Source of the DNA: Bdellovibrionales bacterium
GTDB lineage: Bacteria > Bdellovibrionota > Bdellovibrionia > Bdellovibrionales > UBA1609
Length of the DNA: 64,000 bases
Direction of reading: 5' to 3'
Assembly: GCA_023299885.1 (NCBI GenBank)
Contig: JALZUS010000027.1
Span: forward strand, 16,021-80,020
Positions within the stretch are counted from its first letter, which is position 1. Every line of letters starts with the position of its first letter. Shown one piece after another: positions 18,647-27,406 of the stretch. The notes under the pieces were generated by a model. It made no database searches, had not been told where the DNA came from, and worked only from the letters and a program-made list of their open reading frames with translations. The translations under genes were made by a program, and so were the position numbers.

Positions 18647-20026
18647 ATGTCTGCAGCCACTACTAACGGTGCAACACCATTAATGCTTAACTATAACAAT
18701 ATTGATTACCGTGTCTGTCAGGCCGCAATGGATGACAAAGCTGAATTTGATAGATTGGCTCTATGGGGACGTGAAGAAATTAAAATTGCTGAATCTGAAA
18801 TGCCTGGATTAATGGGGCTTCGTAAAGAATACGGTGCTATTAAGCCATTAAAGGGTGCTCGTATTGCTGGGTGTCTTCATATGACAATTCAAACAGCAGT
18901 ACTTATTGAAACACTTATTGACCTTGGTGCTGAAATCCGCTGGAGCTCATGCAACATCTTTTCAACTCAAGACCATGCGGCGGTTGCGATGGTTGCTAAA
19001 GGAATTCCTGTGTTTGCTTGGAAAGGCGAAACCGACGAGGAGTTTGAGTGGTGCATAGAGCAAACAATTACTGGCTGGGGTGATGAAGGCTATAACCTGA
19101 TACTTGATGATGGTGGTGACCTTACAAATATGATGCACGAAGAGCGTTTTGTAAAAGAGCTTAAAAACATTATTGGTCTTTCAGAAGAGACAACAACAGG
19201 TGTTCATAATTTAGTGAAGCTTGCTGAAAAAGGACTTTTAAAAGTACCAGCCATCAATATTAATGACTCTGTAACAAAATCAAAATTTGATAATCTTTAT
19301 GGTTGTCGTGAGTCTTTAGCTGATGCTTTAAAGCGTGCTACAGATGTTATGCTTGCTGGTAAGATTGCAGTTGTTGCAGGCTTTGGAGACGTTGGTAAAG
19401 GTTCTGCGGCTTCATTACGTAACTATGGTTGCCGTGTATTGGTGACGGAAGTAGATCCTATATGTGCTTTACAAGCGGCTATGGAAGGTTACGAAGTAAC
19501 AACTATGGAAGATGCTGCACCAAAAGCAGATATCTTTGTAACAGCTACTGGCTGTTGTGATATCGTAACGGATAAGCACTTTAATGCTATGAAGCCAGGA
19601 GCTATTGTTTGTAATATTGGTCACTTTGATATTGAAATCAATATGTCATGGCTTGAAGGCAATACTGAAATGCGTGAAATCAAACCTCAAGTGGACATTC
19701 ATAAGTTTGCTGACGGTAAAGAAATTATTGTTTTAGCTAAAGGTCGATTAGTAAACTTAGGTTGTGCTACAGGTCATCCATCTTTTGTAATGAGTAACTC
19801 ATTTACAAACCAAGTAATGGCTCAAATGGAACTATGGGATCATAAAACTACTGGTAAATACGAGGCTGGTAAGGTTTATATGTTACCAAAAGAGCTTGAT
19901 GAAAAAGTAGCAGCATTTCACTTACCATCTTTAGGTGTGAAGCTGACTAAACTTTCTGAAAAGCAAGCTGACTATTTAGGTTTAGATATATTAGGCCCTT
20001 ATAAGCCTGAGCATTATAGGTATTAA
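18647..20026 (+). CDS. ahcY: adenosylhomocysteinase
   Basis: [17 protein letters not shown], the NAD-binding block [12 protein letters not shown], and the C-terminal YLGL...[10 protein letters not shown]. Two in-frame ATGs (18626 and 18647) each have a GGAGG SD, so the start is uncertain. Confidence 0.93.
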   Translation: MSAATTNGATPLMLNYNNIDYRVCQAAMDDKAEFDRLALWGREEIKIAESEMPGLMGLRKEYGAIKPLKGARIAGCLHMTIQTAVLIETLIDLGAEIRWSSCNIFSTQDHAAVAMVAKGIPVFAWKGETDEEFEWCIEQTITGWGDEGYNLILDDGGDLTNMMHEERFVKELKNIIGLSEETTTGVHNLVKLAEKGLLKVPAININDSVTKSKFDNLYGCRESLADALKRATDVMLAGKIAVVAGFGDVGKGSAASLRNYGCRVLVTEVDPICALQAAMEGYEVTTMEDAAPKADIFVTATGCCDIVTDKHFNAMKPGAIVCNIGHFDIEINMSWLEGNTEMREIKPQVDIHKFADGKEIIVLAKGRLVNLGCATGHPSFVMSNSFTNQVMAQMELWDHKTTGKYEAGKVYMLPKELDEKVAAFHLPSLGVKLTKLSEKQADYLGLDILGPYKPEHYRY

Positions 20027-20538
20027 GTTTTAATAAACTCCATATAGTGCTTTAGCTCATTAATAGATTCTTTAATGTCGTCTAAAGCTCTATGGGTGTT
20101 ATTCTTTTTATAGTCTTTTTGGTAATGGTCTTTAAAAACAATTTTCCAAGAACTAACATCAAGCATTCTGTAATGGAGTGCTTTTTCTAATTCTGGCATA
20201 TATTTATCAATAAATTTTCTATCTTGTGAAATACTGTTCCCAGCAATAACGGCTGGTTTATTGCCAAAGTTCTTTTTAATAAAATCAATAAGGTCTGCTT
20301 CTGCAACTTTTGGATCTTTTCCATTAGAAATTTGGTCTGTGAGGCCAGAGTTCTTGTGATGAGTTGTGTTCCAGTCATCCATAGCATCTATAAATTTTTG
20401 ATCTTGTTTAATGACAGTTTGGTAAGTGTCTATAGCATTAAGCTCTTTATCTGTAACAATAGCAGCAGCTTCAATAATGACCTCTTTGTTAACATCAAGG
20501 CCTGTCATCTCTAAATCAATCCATAATAGTTTTTGCAT
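20023..20538 (-). CDS. orn: oligoribonuclease
   Basis: [12 protein letters not shown] DEDDh exonuclease motif, then [10 protein letters not shown] and HRALDD. The ATG at 20538 gives [10 protein letters not shown]. Confidence 0.92.
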   Translation of the reverse strand: MQKLLWIDLEMTGLDVNKEVIIEAAAIVTDKELNAIDTYQTVIKQDQKFIDAMDDWNTTHHKNSGLTDQISNGKDPKVAEADLIDFIKKNFGNKPAVIAGNSISQDRKFIDKYMPELEKALHYRMLDVSSWKIVFKDHYQKDYKKNNTHRALDDIKESINELKHYMEFIKT

Positions 20539-20546
20539 AACTAATC

Positions 20547-20798
20547 TTAGCCAATAAAAACAATGAGACAACCAGTATTTTGTTTACCGTTATCAAAGAC
20601 TTGGTACTTCCAGGGGTAGCCACCTAGCTTAAGGTATTTAATGGCTTCTTTTTGGACAATGCCTTTGCCTTTTCCTGTCATAACTAAAATTTGGCTTTGA
20701 TTTTGATTTTTCATTATAAATTGGTCTAGGGCATCAAAAACCATATCTTGCTTAAACCCGTGTAAATCAATTGTTTTTAATTTTAGTTTTTTTGACAT
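20547..20798 (-). CDS. small Smr-domain protein
   Basis: 83 aa. The pattern IDLHGFKQDMVFDALDQFI ... VMTGKGKG fits an Smr domain. Confidence 0.7.
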   Translation of the reverse strand: MSKKLKLKTIDLHGFKQDMVFDALDQFIMKNQNQSQILVMTGKGKGIVQKEAIKYLKLGGYPWKYQVFDNGKQNTGCLIVFIG

Positions 20799-20854
20799 AT
20801 TTTAATTTACAAAAATATCAGTGATTTTGCATCTTTTAATAAGTAGAATGAGGC

Positions 20855-22282
20855 ATGAATAAAGTAGATAATTTTATTGGTGGTGTATGGGTAAAGCCCT
20901 CAGCAGACAAGTACACGGATAACCATAATCCAGCTAATGGTGAGCTTTTGGCATCTGTGGCTGACTCTGATTCTTTAGATGTAGTTTATGCTGTTCAAGC
21001 TGCTAAAAAAGCATTGCCCAAGTGGAGCGGTCTTACATTAAATGATAGGTCTGAGTATCTTTTAAAGATTGCTGACAAGCTAGAATCTATATTTGAAGAA
21101 CTGGTAAAAACCGAAAGCAATGATGTTGGAAAGCCTTTGTGGCTATCAAAGTCTGTGGATATTCCAAGAGCTATTGAATCTTTTAGATATTTCTCTAATT
21201 TAGCTTTACAGGAAAAGGCTGCTGAGTGGGCTGAGAAAAGCACGCATCAAAAAGTTTATAGGTCGGCTGTTGGCGTGTGTGCCTTAATTACCCCTTGGAA
21301 TTTACCTTTGTATTTATTATGTTGTAAGATCGCTCCAGCTTTAATTATGGGTAATACGGTTATATGTAAGCCTTCAGAATTAACACCTATGACAGCGGCA
21401 TTATTTGCCCAAGCGACTAAAGATATTGGACTCCCAGAGGGTGTGATTAATATAATTTTTGGTAAAGGGGAGGCTGTAGGAGAAACTCTTGTTAAACACC
21501 CAGCTGTAAGTTTGGTTTCTTTTACAGGAAGTAGTGAAACAGGGGCTATAATTTTAAAAAATGCAGCCGATAAAATTACAAAAGTTAGCCTTGAGCTCGG
21601 CGGTAAAAATCCAAATATAATATTAGCAGATGCAGACATAGATTTAGCTGTTGATAAAAGTATTAAAGCGGCCTTCTTAAACTCTGGGCAAATATGTTTA
21701 TGTGGCTCAAGACTTTTTATTTCAGAAAAAGTATATGACCAATTTATGGAAAAGTTTATTGCTAAAGCAAAAGAGTTAATAGTGGGTGATCCAATAAATA
21801 AAAAAACTTTTATGGGCCCTGTTATAAGCCTTAATCATAAAAATAGTATTTTAAAAGATCTAGAGCAAATAAAGAAAGATAACGGAGATGTACTTTGTAT
21901 TGATGATAGCTTAAATAAAGGTAATTACTTGTCGCCTTATATAGTGACTGATCTAACTGATTGCTCTGAACTCTGGCAAAAAGAAATATTTGGCCCTGTC
22001 GTATTAGTAAGGTCTTTTAAATACAACCATGAAGCTGTTAAGTGGGCCAATACAAGTCCTTATGGCTTGTCGGCCAGTATCTTTAGTGCTGACGTTGAAA
22101 AAGCTCAAAAAATGGCTTTAAAGCTAGATGTCGGCACTGTATGGATAAACACATGGGGTGAGCGTGACGCTAGGGTACCATTTGGTGGGACGAAGATGTC
22201 TGGGCTAGGTCGAGAAGGCGGTATTGATTCTCTAAATTTTTTCTCAGAAAGAAAGCTAGTTTTTACTTCTGCTGAAGTTTAG
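20855..22282 (+). CDS. NAD(P)-dependent aldehyde dehydrogenase
   Basis: 475 aa. LELGGKNPNI (catalytic Glu block), FLNSGQICLCGSR (catalytic Cys block) and FTGSSETG. Confidence 0.9.
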   Translation: MNKVDNFIGGVWVKPSADKYTDNHNPANGELLASVADSDSLDVVYAVQAAKKALPKWSGLTLNDRSEYLLKIADKLESIFEELVKTESNDVGKPLWLSKSVDIPRAIESFRYFSNLALQEKAAEWAEKSTHQKVYRSAVGVCALITPWNLPLYLLCCKIAPALIMGNTVICKPSELTPMTAALFAQATKDIGLPEGVINIIFGKGEAVGETLVKHPAVSLVSFTGSSETGAIILKNAADKITKVSLELGGKNPNIILADADIDLAVDKSIKAAFLNSGQICLCGSRLFISEKVYDQFMEKFIAKAKELIVGDPINKKTFMGPVISLNHKNSILKDLEQIKKDNGDVLCIDDSLNKGNYLSPYIVTDLTDCSELWQKEIFGPVVLVRSFKYNHEAVKWANTSPYGLSASIFSADVEKAQKMALKLDVGTVWINTWGERDARVPFGGTKMSGLGREGGIDSLNFFSERKLVFTSAEV

Positions 22283-23390
22283 CGTATTCCTCTTCAATTT
22301 CATAAAAAGGTTTTCTGTAGACCCGGTAACCTAGAGCTTCATGAATTTCATCCATAAAAATATCTTTAGGCCTTTGTTGCAAAGGTTGGTTTTTAGTATT
22401 TAAAATAAAATGAGTAGGGCCGTCTACTTGGTAGATGATATTGTCAGCAGGTATAAAAAAATCAACACTGGTACCTAATTGAGTTACGTATTCGTATTGA
22501 TAATCTCTGTTGCTTAAGTCTAGCAGCTCTGAAAACCTCTCTTCCAGGCGAGATTTTTTAGAGCTTGCGTATACAACGATTGGCTTATCAAAATGACTTA
22601 GATAATGATTTGGTTCTTTTAAGACATAGCGATAGTAGTTAGCTATTAAGCCAAAGCTCGGAAAGTCAGCATAGTTTGTATGTTTAAACTTATGTTTAAC
22701 AGTTCTAAAGAAAGGCTCAACTCGATCATCTTTAAGCAATCCAAATAAAGCAAAAGCATAGGTAGCCATAACTAAGTCTTTTTTATTAATATTTTTATCT
22801 TGTATGGCTTTAAACCAATTAGATGTAAATCTATCTGTAGGATGTATTTTAAGTTTAGCAAAGTTAAAGTAAAGTTCTACTAATGATTGAGCAGAAAAGG
22901 TGTGAAGTGTTTTTTCAATACGAGGCATTAGAGCTTTAAGCACAGCGGGTGAGGGTGAAAACTTAATTCTTGCGTAAAATATAAAAATTGTACTCAGCTC
23001 ACTTCCTGAAAAGCTTTGAAAATGATTAAGTATAATTTTCTCAAGATAAACAACATCATAACTAGATAGTAAAAAACCACGTTTATTAAAATCGCTGCTT
23101 ATAAATTCTAAAGTCTTAGCTATAGAAGAAGGCTTGTTTTTTGTTTTTTTAAGTCGAGCTAAAACTTTAGAATTTAATTTTTTGTAGTGGCTATAAGGCA
23201 CTTTTAATTGAGACGCTTTTTGGCTTTTTCTCTTCTTGTTCTTTTTAGATTTTTTATTAGAGCCTAAGTGCTGTTTACATGATTTTTTCTTTGCAGCTAA
23301 GACACTTTCAGGTAGAGCACTGCTCAGTCCTAAAGTTATTAATACAGTATATATAAATAGTTTTTTTATCCCCATAAGGTTAAAAACCAT
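22263..23390 (-). CDS. signal-peptide protein with 36-38-aa helical repeats and a RAP/DUF559-like PD-(D/E)xK C-terminal domain
   Basis: N-terminus (MVFNL)MGIKKLFIYTVLITLGLSSALPESVLA, then the basic run KKSKKNKKRKSQK. Three tandem repeats follow: FSGSELSTIFIFYARIKFSPSP.., FSAQSLVELYFNFAKLKIHPTD.. and INKKDLVMATYAFALFGLLKDD... The C-terminus reads SVDFFIPADNIIYQVDGPTHF...GYRVYRKPFYE. The start could be 23375. Confidence 0.55.
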   Translation of the reverse strand: MVFNLMGIKKLFIYTVLITLGLSSALPESVLAAKKKSCKQHLGSNKKSKKNKKRKSQKASQLKVPYSHYKKLNSKVLARLKKTKNKPSSIAKTLEFISSDFNKRGFLLSSYDVVYLEKIILNHFQSFSGSELSTIFIFYARIKFSPSPAVLKALMPRIEKTLHTFSAQSLVELYFNFAKLKIHPTDRFTSNWFKAIQDKNINKKDLVMATYAFALFGLLKDDRVEPFFRTVKHKFKHTNYADFPSFGLIANYYRYVLKEPNHYLSHFDKPIVVYASSKKSRLEERFSELLDLSNRDYQYEYVTQLGTSVDFFIPADNIIYQVDGPTHFILNTKNQPLQQRPKDIFMDEIHEALGYRVYRKPFYEIEEEYAKLQQK

Positions 23391-23592
23391 ATGTTGTGCT
23401 GAATTGCATTTTTTTATTCTCTTCTTATAAAATTTTTACTGGAAACATTTTGGACAGTTACTTAGGTGAAAACCTTTAAGTCTTTGTAATTACTGTTGAT
23501 TTTCTTCTTACATTTTTACACACAAACTGCAGCTTTTTCAAAAAATATAATAATTATAGGGGGTTAGGTTATGGTTCAGTTATAGTTCTCGT

Positions 23593-26500
23593 ATGAAAAA
23601 ATCTATAAGTAATGCTATTAAGTATTTAATTTCGCTATCAATTGTTTTTAGTACGCCCTATGTCTTCTCTGACACGGGAAGGACAGACGGTATAAGTGAG
23701 CAGAGCCAATATATAAGTGGTCTTTCGTTAGAGAATCCACTGGTAGGTGAGTTTATAAAAGACAAGCCTTTAGAGGATAAATATAAATCAACATTTGATA
23801 GAAATAGTACTTTCTTGGACAATGACCCGTATTTTTTAAAATCGCAATCATGGGTAGAAAGCTCATTTAATCAGACAAAAGATATTCAAACAGTTATAGA
23901 AGATAAAAAAACTAAAATTACTTTACCTAAATCAAATATGGCTTTAGTTTTAAATTTAGAACTAGAACCAGTAATTGAAACAGACAGCTACCTTATCTTT
24001 AGCTTAGCCAAAGAAAGTAAAGTTTTTGAAGAAAAAGATATTGAAGCTAGTAGTGAGGGTTTATTTTATTTATCTAAAGTTCAGCTTTATAACTCGCATA
24101 AAATCTCTAAATCTGTTTCAAAATTGAATAATGTATCAGCAGTACAAATAAATTTCTTTCCATTACCTGACCATGGCTGGAAAGGAAGTTTAAAGTCTTT
24201 TGAAGCTGAGCAGAATTTGAATTATATCCTAGATCAAGAGTTAGGTGACAATCTGATTTCATTTGGATCTATACATACGGGTTCAATAGTCATTTACAAC
24301 CAAATAGATGGTACGCCATTGGTGATTGAGCTTGCTGACATAGAAGAGCATGAAAAGCATATGAAGCTTAATTTAACATTAGCTCGCATGGTCACTTTAG
24401 AAGGATTACGTAGTTTTAGAATTAATGATGTCAATATTAATCCAGCTTCAGGTACAACAGCAGCTTTTGGTAACTTTATCACAGGGATTAATTTAGAGTC
24501 TTCTCAATCTTCATACTGGGCAAAAAGTAATTTTGATAAAATAAATTTAAAAATCTTACAGCCTATGCTTAATAGTTTAATACCAAAAGCGCATGCAGGT
24601 TTTGGTTTAGAGAGCATAGACCCAGAAGTAGTGCAAAGATTATTATTTGTAGGAAAAATTGTTGGGAGTACATTTGTAGGTGCATTGGCTCTTAAATACT
24701 CTATTTACAGAGAAAGATATAAAAAACTATACGAGCACAAAATACCAGAAGAAATAAAGAAAAAAGGACTTAAAGGATTGTTTCAGGTTTATATCCCAGA
24801 AGATAAAAAAATAAAGGTAGACCAGCAGGCTAGCTTTTTAAAGAAATTGGCTCAAGTTACAGGCCGCACTTTTCAGCCAGCTTATAATGTTAAGCCTCTT
24901 AAGCTTTTCAGAAATGAAGTTAAAGGTGTTTTTGATGTTTATGCTCATTCATTAGTGGCTGTTGTAAAAACAATGCCAATTACAATTATTAACGTTGTAG
25001 AATATTTACAGGACAGGTATGCCTCAAGAATTAGTAGCTCTAAGAACTCAATGATAAGAAAGAGCTTTAATGCTACTTTTGGGTGGACCCGCGGTACCAT
25101 GAAAGATTTAGCTGTCAGTCATAAAACATGGTGGCTAGGGTCTGTAGTTATGGGTACTGTGGATACAGCGCTTGTTGTTTTGCAACTACTCTATCTTGTT
25201 CCTGCAATGACAAGTAAAATTGAGGGAGAGTCTGCCTCAGCTAATATTGAGCCTGAACTAGACATAGCTGAAGATGGAACAAAAGAAAGAAGTGCAAAAA
25301 ACGAATTTGTAATTTCAGAAATAATAAGAAATATAACAGGATATTTTAACAGTGGGGCTTACGGATACAGCCATGAGCAAAAGCTTATTTACACTGACAG
25401 AGTAGAGCATGAAGTTGACACCGACTACAGAAAAAAAGGTATAGACCCTAAAAGTAAAGAAATACAAGATGATAGAGATCAAAAAATAAAAGACAAGCTT
25501 GATAAGCGTATGGTCAGCAAGGGATTGCCTGGAAAAGATGAGTTTTTATTTGATGCTATTAGTTTAACTAGAAATACTACAAAAAAAATGGGCTACTCAG
25601 CCACAGCTTTAGGTGTAAACCCTGACACAGCTGGCAAATTTATCTTTGAGCATGGTCGTTGGGGTTTAATGTTTCCGGCGCTAAAAAAAGCTATTCGTTC
25701 TGCTAAAAAAATTGAGGCTTCATCTCCATCAGATGAAGGTAAGAAAGTAATAGCTCTACTAGAAACTATTCAGTCTCGAAAAAGTAGACTACTAGCCGTT
25801 TTAAAGCAGGGCATAAATGTATTTTCAAAAAGTAAAAAGAAGTATTTAAAAGAATCACAACAAATAAGACAGCTTCTTACTCTTATGTCTTTTGGTGACG
25901 ATATATCAAAAGTTTCGGCTCATCTTCCTGATTGGTATAAAGCTTTAGCAACAGATGATGAAACAGCTTTATCTGCAGCAAGGGTATACTCTCTGTCATT
26001 AATAGCTATAACTGAAGGCGAAAAAGGATTTTCTGAAGCTGATAGTAAAATTATAAATACAGTGAATACTTATTTTAAGACTAGTTCAGTGGAAAATATC
26101 AGTGAAAGATCTTTAGTGGGTTTAAATGAGACCATAATCTCATCATTAGAAGAGATTGAAAGCCAACATGATATGAATAATAAATTTTCAAAAGAGCTTA
26201 TGAATATAAAAAAATACAAAGCCCTTTATGATGCAATTATAAGGCAAAGAAAAGTAAATGCTTATCAGCCTAAAAAAGAGAGTTTATTAAAATCACCAGT
26301 GGTAACATTACAAAAACATGTTGCTAATAAGCGTACTGAAGATGAGGTAGCAAAGCTTGGGATTTCAATATCTACATCAGAAGGTAAAGAAAAATATAAT
26401 GCTATCTATTCAAAACATCTTGCTAAAGTAGTGGGATTATCAATTTTTGAAGAGAGTGCTTTTGTGAAGTCAGTACACCAAGAAACGGCAGAGCAAACTA

Positions 26501-27405
26501 AGGCTTTTATGGAGACGGATGAACAGTTAAGGCATTTGGGTTCATTAGAAATTTCAGAAGCTATTAAGTATGAAGCAGAAGCTTATGCATCTATTTTTCT
26601 AGATACTTATATTAGAGAGTCAGTGAATAGTGATGACAATTTAGTAGCTTCTTCTGCGCAGCAGCCGGGCTTTTTCCAAAAGTTAAGAAAAAAATTAACA
26701 AATGATACAGGTGAAGTTAATGAAGGTAAAAAGAGTCAGAAGGTTAAAAGCTTTAGTAAAAAGCTTGTTTCGTTTTCAAATGTAAGTTTACGTGCAGTTG
26801 AATCTATATGGAGTACAGAGTCCAACAAAATAGGCTTAGTACATATGATAGATAGAAGAATACCTTTTGCTCATGATTCATGGAGAAACTTTGTTAGAAA
26901 ATTAAGAACTGTTCCGATGGGCGTAAGCTTTGGATATTTGATAGCTTATAATGTTTGGCAAGTAAAAATGGACTATCCTGTATGGGTTTTATTTATGATG
27001 ACAGGCTTTACTGTGATAATGATGGTTGAAACTAATAATAGGTATATGAGAAATATTGGTAAAAAACCTATGGGAAGCACAGTAGAAAAAATTTGGTATG
27101 CAGTTGTTCATAGTATGCTGACCTTCCCTGCTTATATTCCATTAATGCTTTGGGCTGATCCGTTTACTAAGTGGTGGGCTGAGACAATATCTCAACCAGT
27201 GATTCCAAAGCTAAGTGCTATAGCAGATACGGTTACTGGTGCTACAAATACTGTTACAGGTTTGATTAATAGTCATCAAACAGAGTCATTAGGTGTAGCT
27301 GGTGCTTTAGTGGCAACTAAGCTTGCAACAGATGTATATAAAAATCATAAAAATAAGAAGGTGTTAAAAGCTCCATTAACAGCTTGCGGTGCTTCACTAC
27401 AATAA
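23593..27405 (+). CDS. 1270-aa orphan membrane protein (signal peptide, several TM hairpins, long K/E-rich soluble regions)
   Basis: A long uninterrupted ORF. N-terminus MKKSISNAIKYLISLSIVFSTPYVFS. Hydrophobic segments include LLFVGKIVGSTFVGALALKY, WWLGSVVMGTVDTALVVLQLLYLVPAM, VPMGVSFGYLIAYNVW..VWVLFMMTGFTVIMMV and IWYAVVHSMLTFPAYIPLMLW. I recognise no catalytic motif. Confidence 0.8.
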   Translation: MKKSISNAIKYLISLSIVFSTPYVFSDTGRTDGISEQSQYISGLSLENPLVGEFIKDKPLEDKYKSTFDRNSTFLDNDPYFLKSQSWVESSFNQTKDIQTVIEDKKTKITLPKSNMALVLNLELEPVIETDSYLIFSLAKESKVFEEKDIEASSEGLFYLSKVQLYNSHKISKSVSKLNNVSAVQINFFPLPDHGWKGSLKSFEAEQNLNYILDQELGDNLISFGSIHTGSIVIYNQIDGTPLVIELADIEEHEKHMKLNLTLARMVTLEGLRSFRINDVNINPASGTTAAFGNFITGINLESSQSSYWAKSNFDKINLKILQPMLNSLIPKAHAGFGLESIDPEVVQRLLFVGKIVGSTFVGALALKYSIYRERYKKLYEHKIPEEIKKKGLKGLFQVYIPEDKKIKVDQQASFLKKLAQVTGRTFQPAYNVKPLKLFRNEVKGVFDVYAHSLVAVVKTMPITIINVVEYLQDRYASRISSSKNSMIRKSFNATFGWTRGTMKDLAVSHKTWWLGSVVMGTVDTALVVLQLLYLVPAMTSKIEGESASANIEPELDIAEDGTKERSAKNEFVISEIIRNITGYFNSGAYGYSHEQKLIYTDRVEHEVDTDYRKKGIDPKSKEIQDDRDQKIKDKLDKRMVSKGLPGKDEFLFDAISLTRNTTKKMGYSATALGVNPDTAGKFIFEHGRWGLMFPALKKAIRSAKKIEASSPSDEGKKVIALLETIQSRKSRLLAVLKQGINVFSKSKKKYLKESQQIRQLLTLMSFGDDISKVSAHLPDWYKALATDDETALSAARVYSLSLIAITEGEKGFSEADSKIINTVNTYFKTSSVENISERSLVGLNETIISSLEEIESQHDMNNKFSKELMNIKKYKALYDAIIRQRKVNAYQPKKESLLKSPVVTLQKHVANKRTEDEVAKLGISISTSEGKEKYNAIYSKHLAKVVGLSIFEESAFVKSVHQETAEQTKAFMETDEQLRHLGSLEISEAIKYEAEAYASIFLDTYIRESVNSDDNLVASSAQQPGFFQKLRKKLTNDTGEVNEGKKSQKVKSFSKKLVSFSNVSLRAVESIWSTESNKIGLVHMIDRRIPFAHDSWRNFVRKLRTVPMGVSFGYLIAYNVWQVKMDYPVWVLFMMTGFTVIMMVETNNRYMRNIGKKPMGSTVEKIWYAVVHSMLTFPAYIPLMLWADPFTKWWAETISQPVIPKLSAIADTVTGATNTVTGLINSHQTESLGVAGALVATKLATDVYKNHKNKKVLKAPLTACGASLQ

Positions 27406-27406
27406 T

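Noticed and set aside
21256-21639. 127-aa minus-strand ORF inside the aldehyde dehydrogenase gene
   Set aside because: It is antisense to the conserved ALDH core (FTGS / ELGGKNP region) and has no start context.
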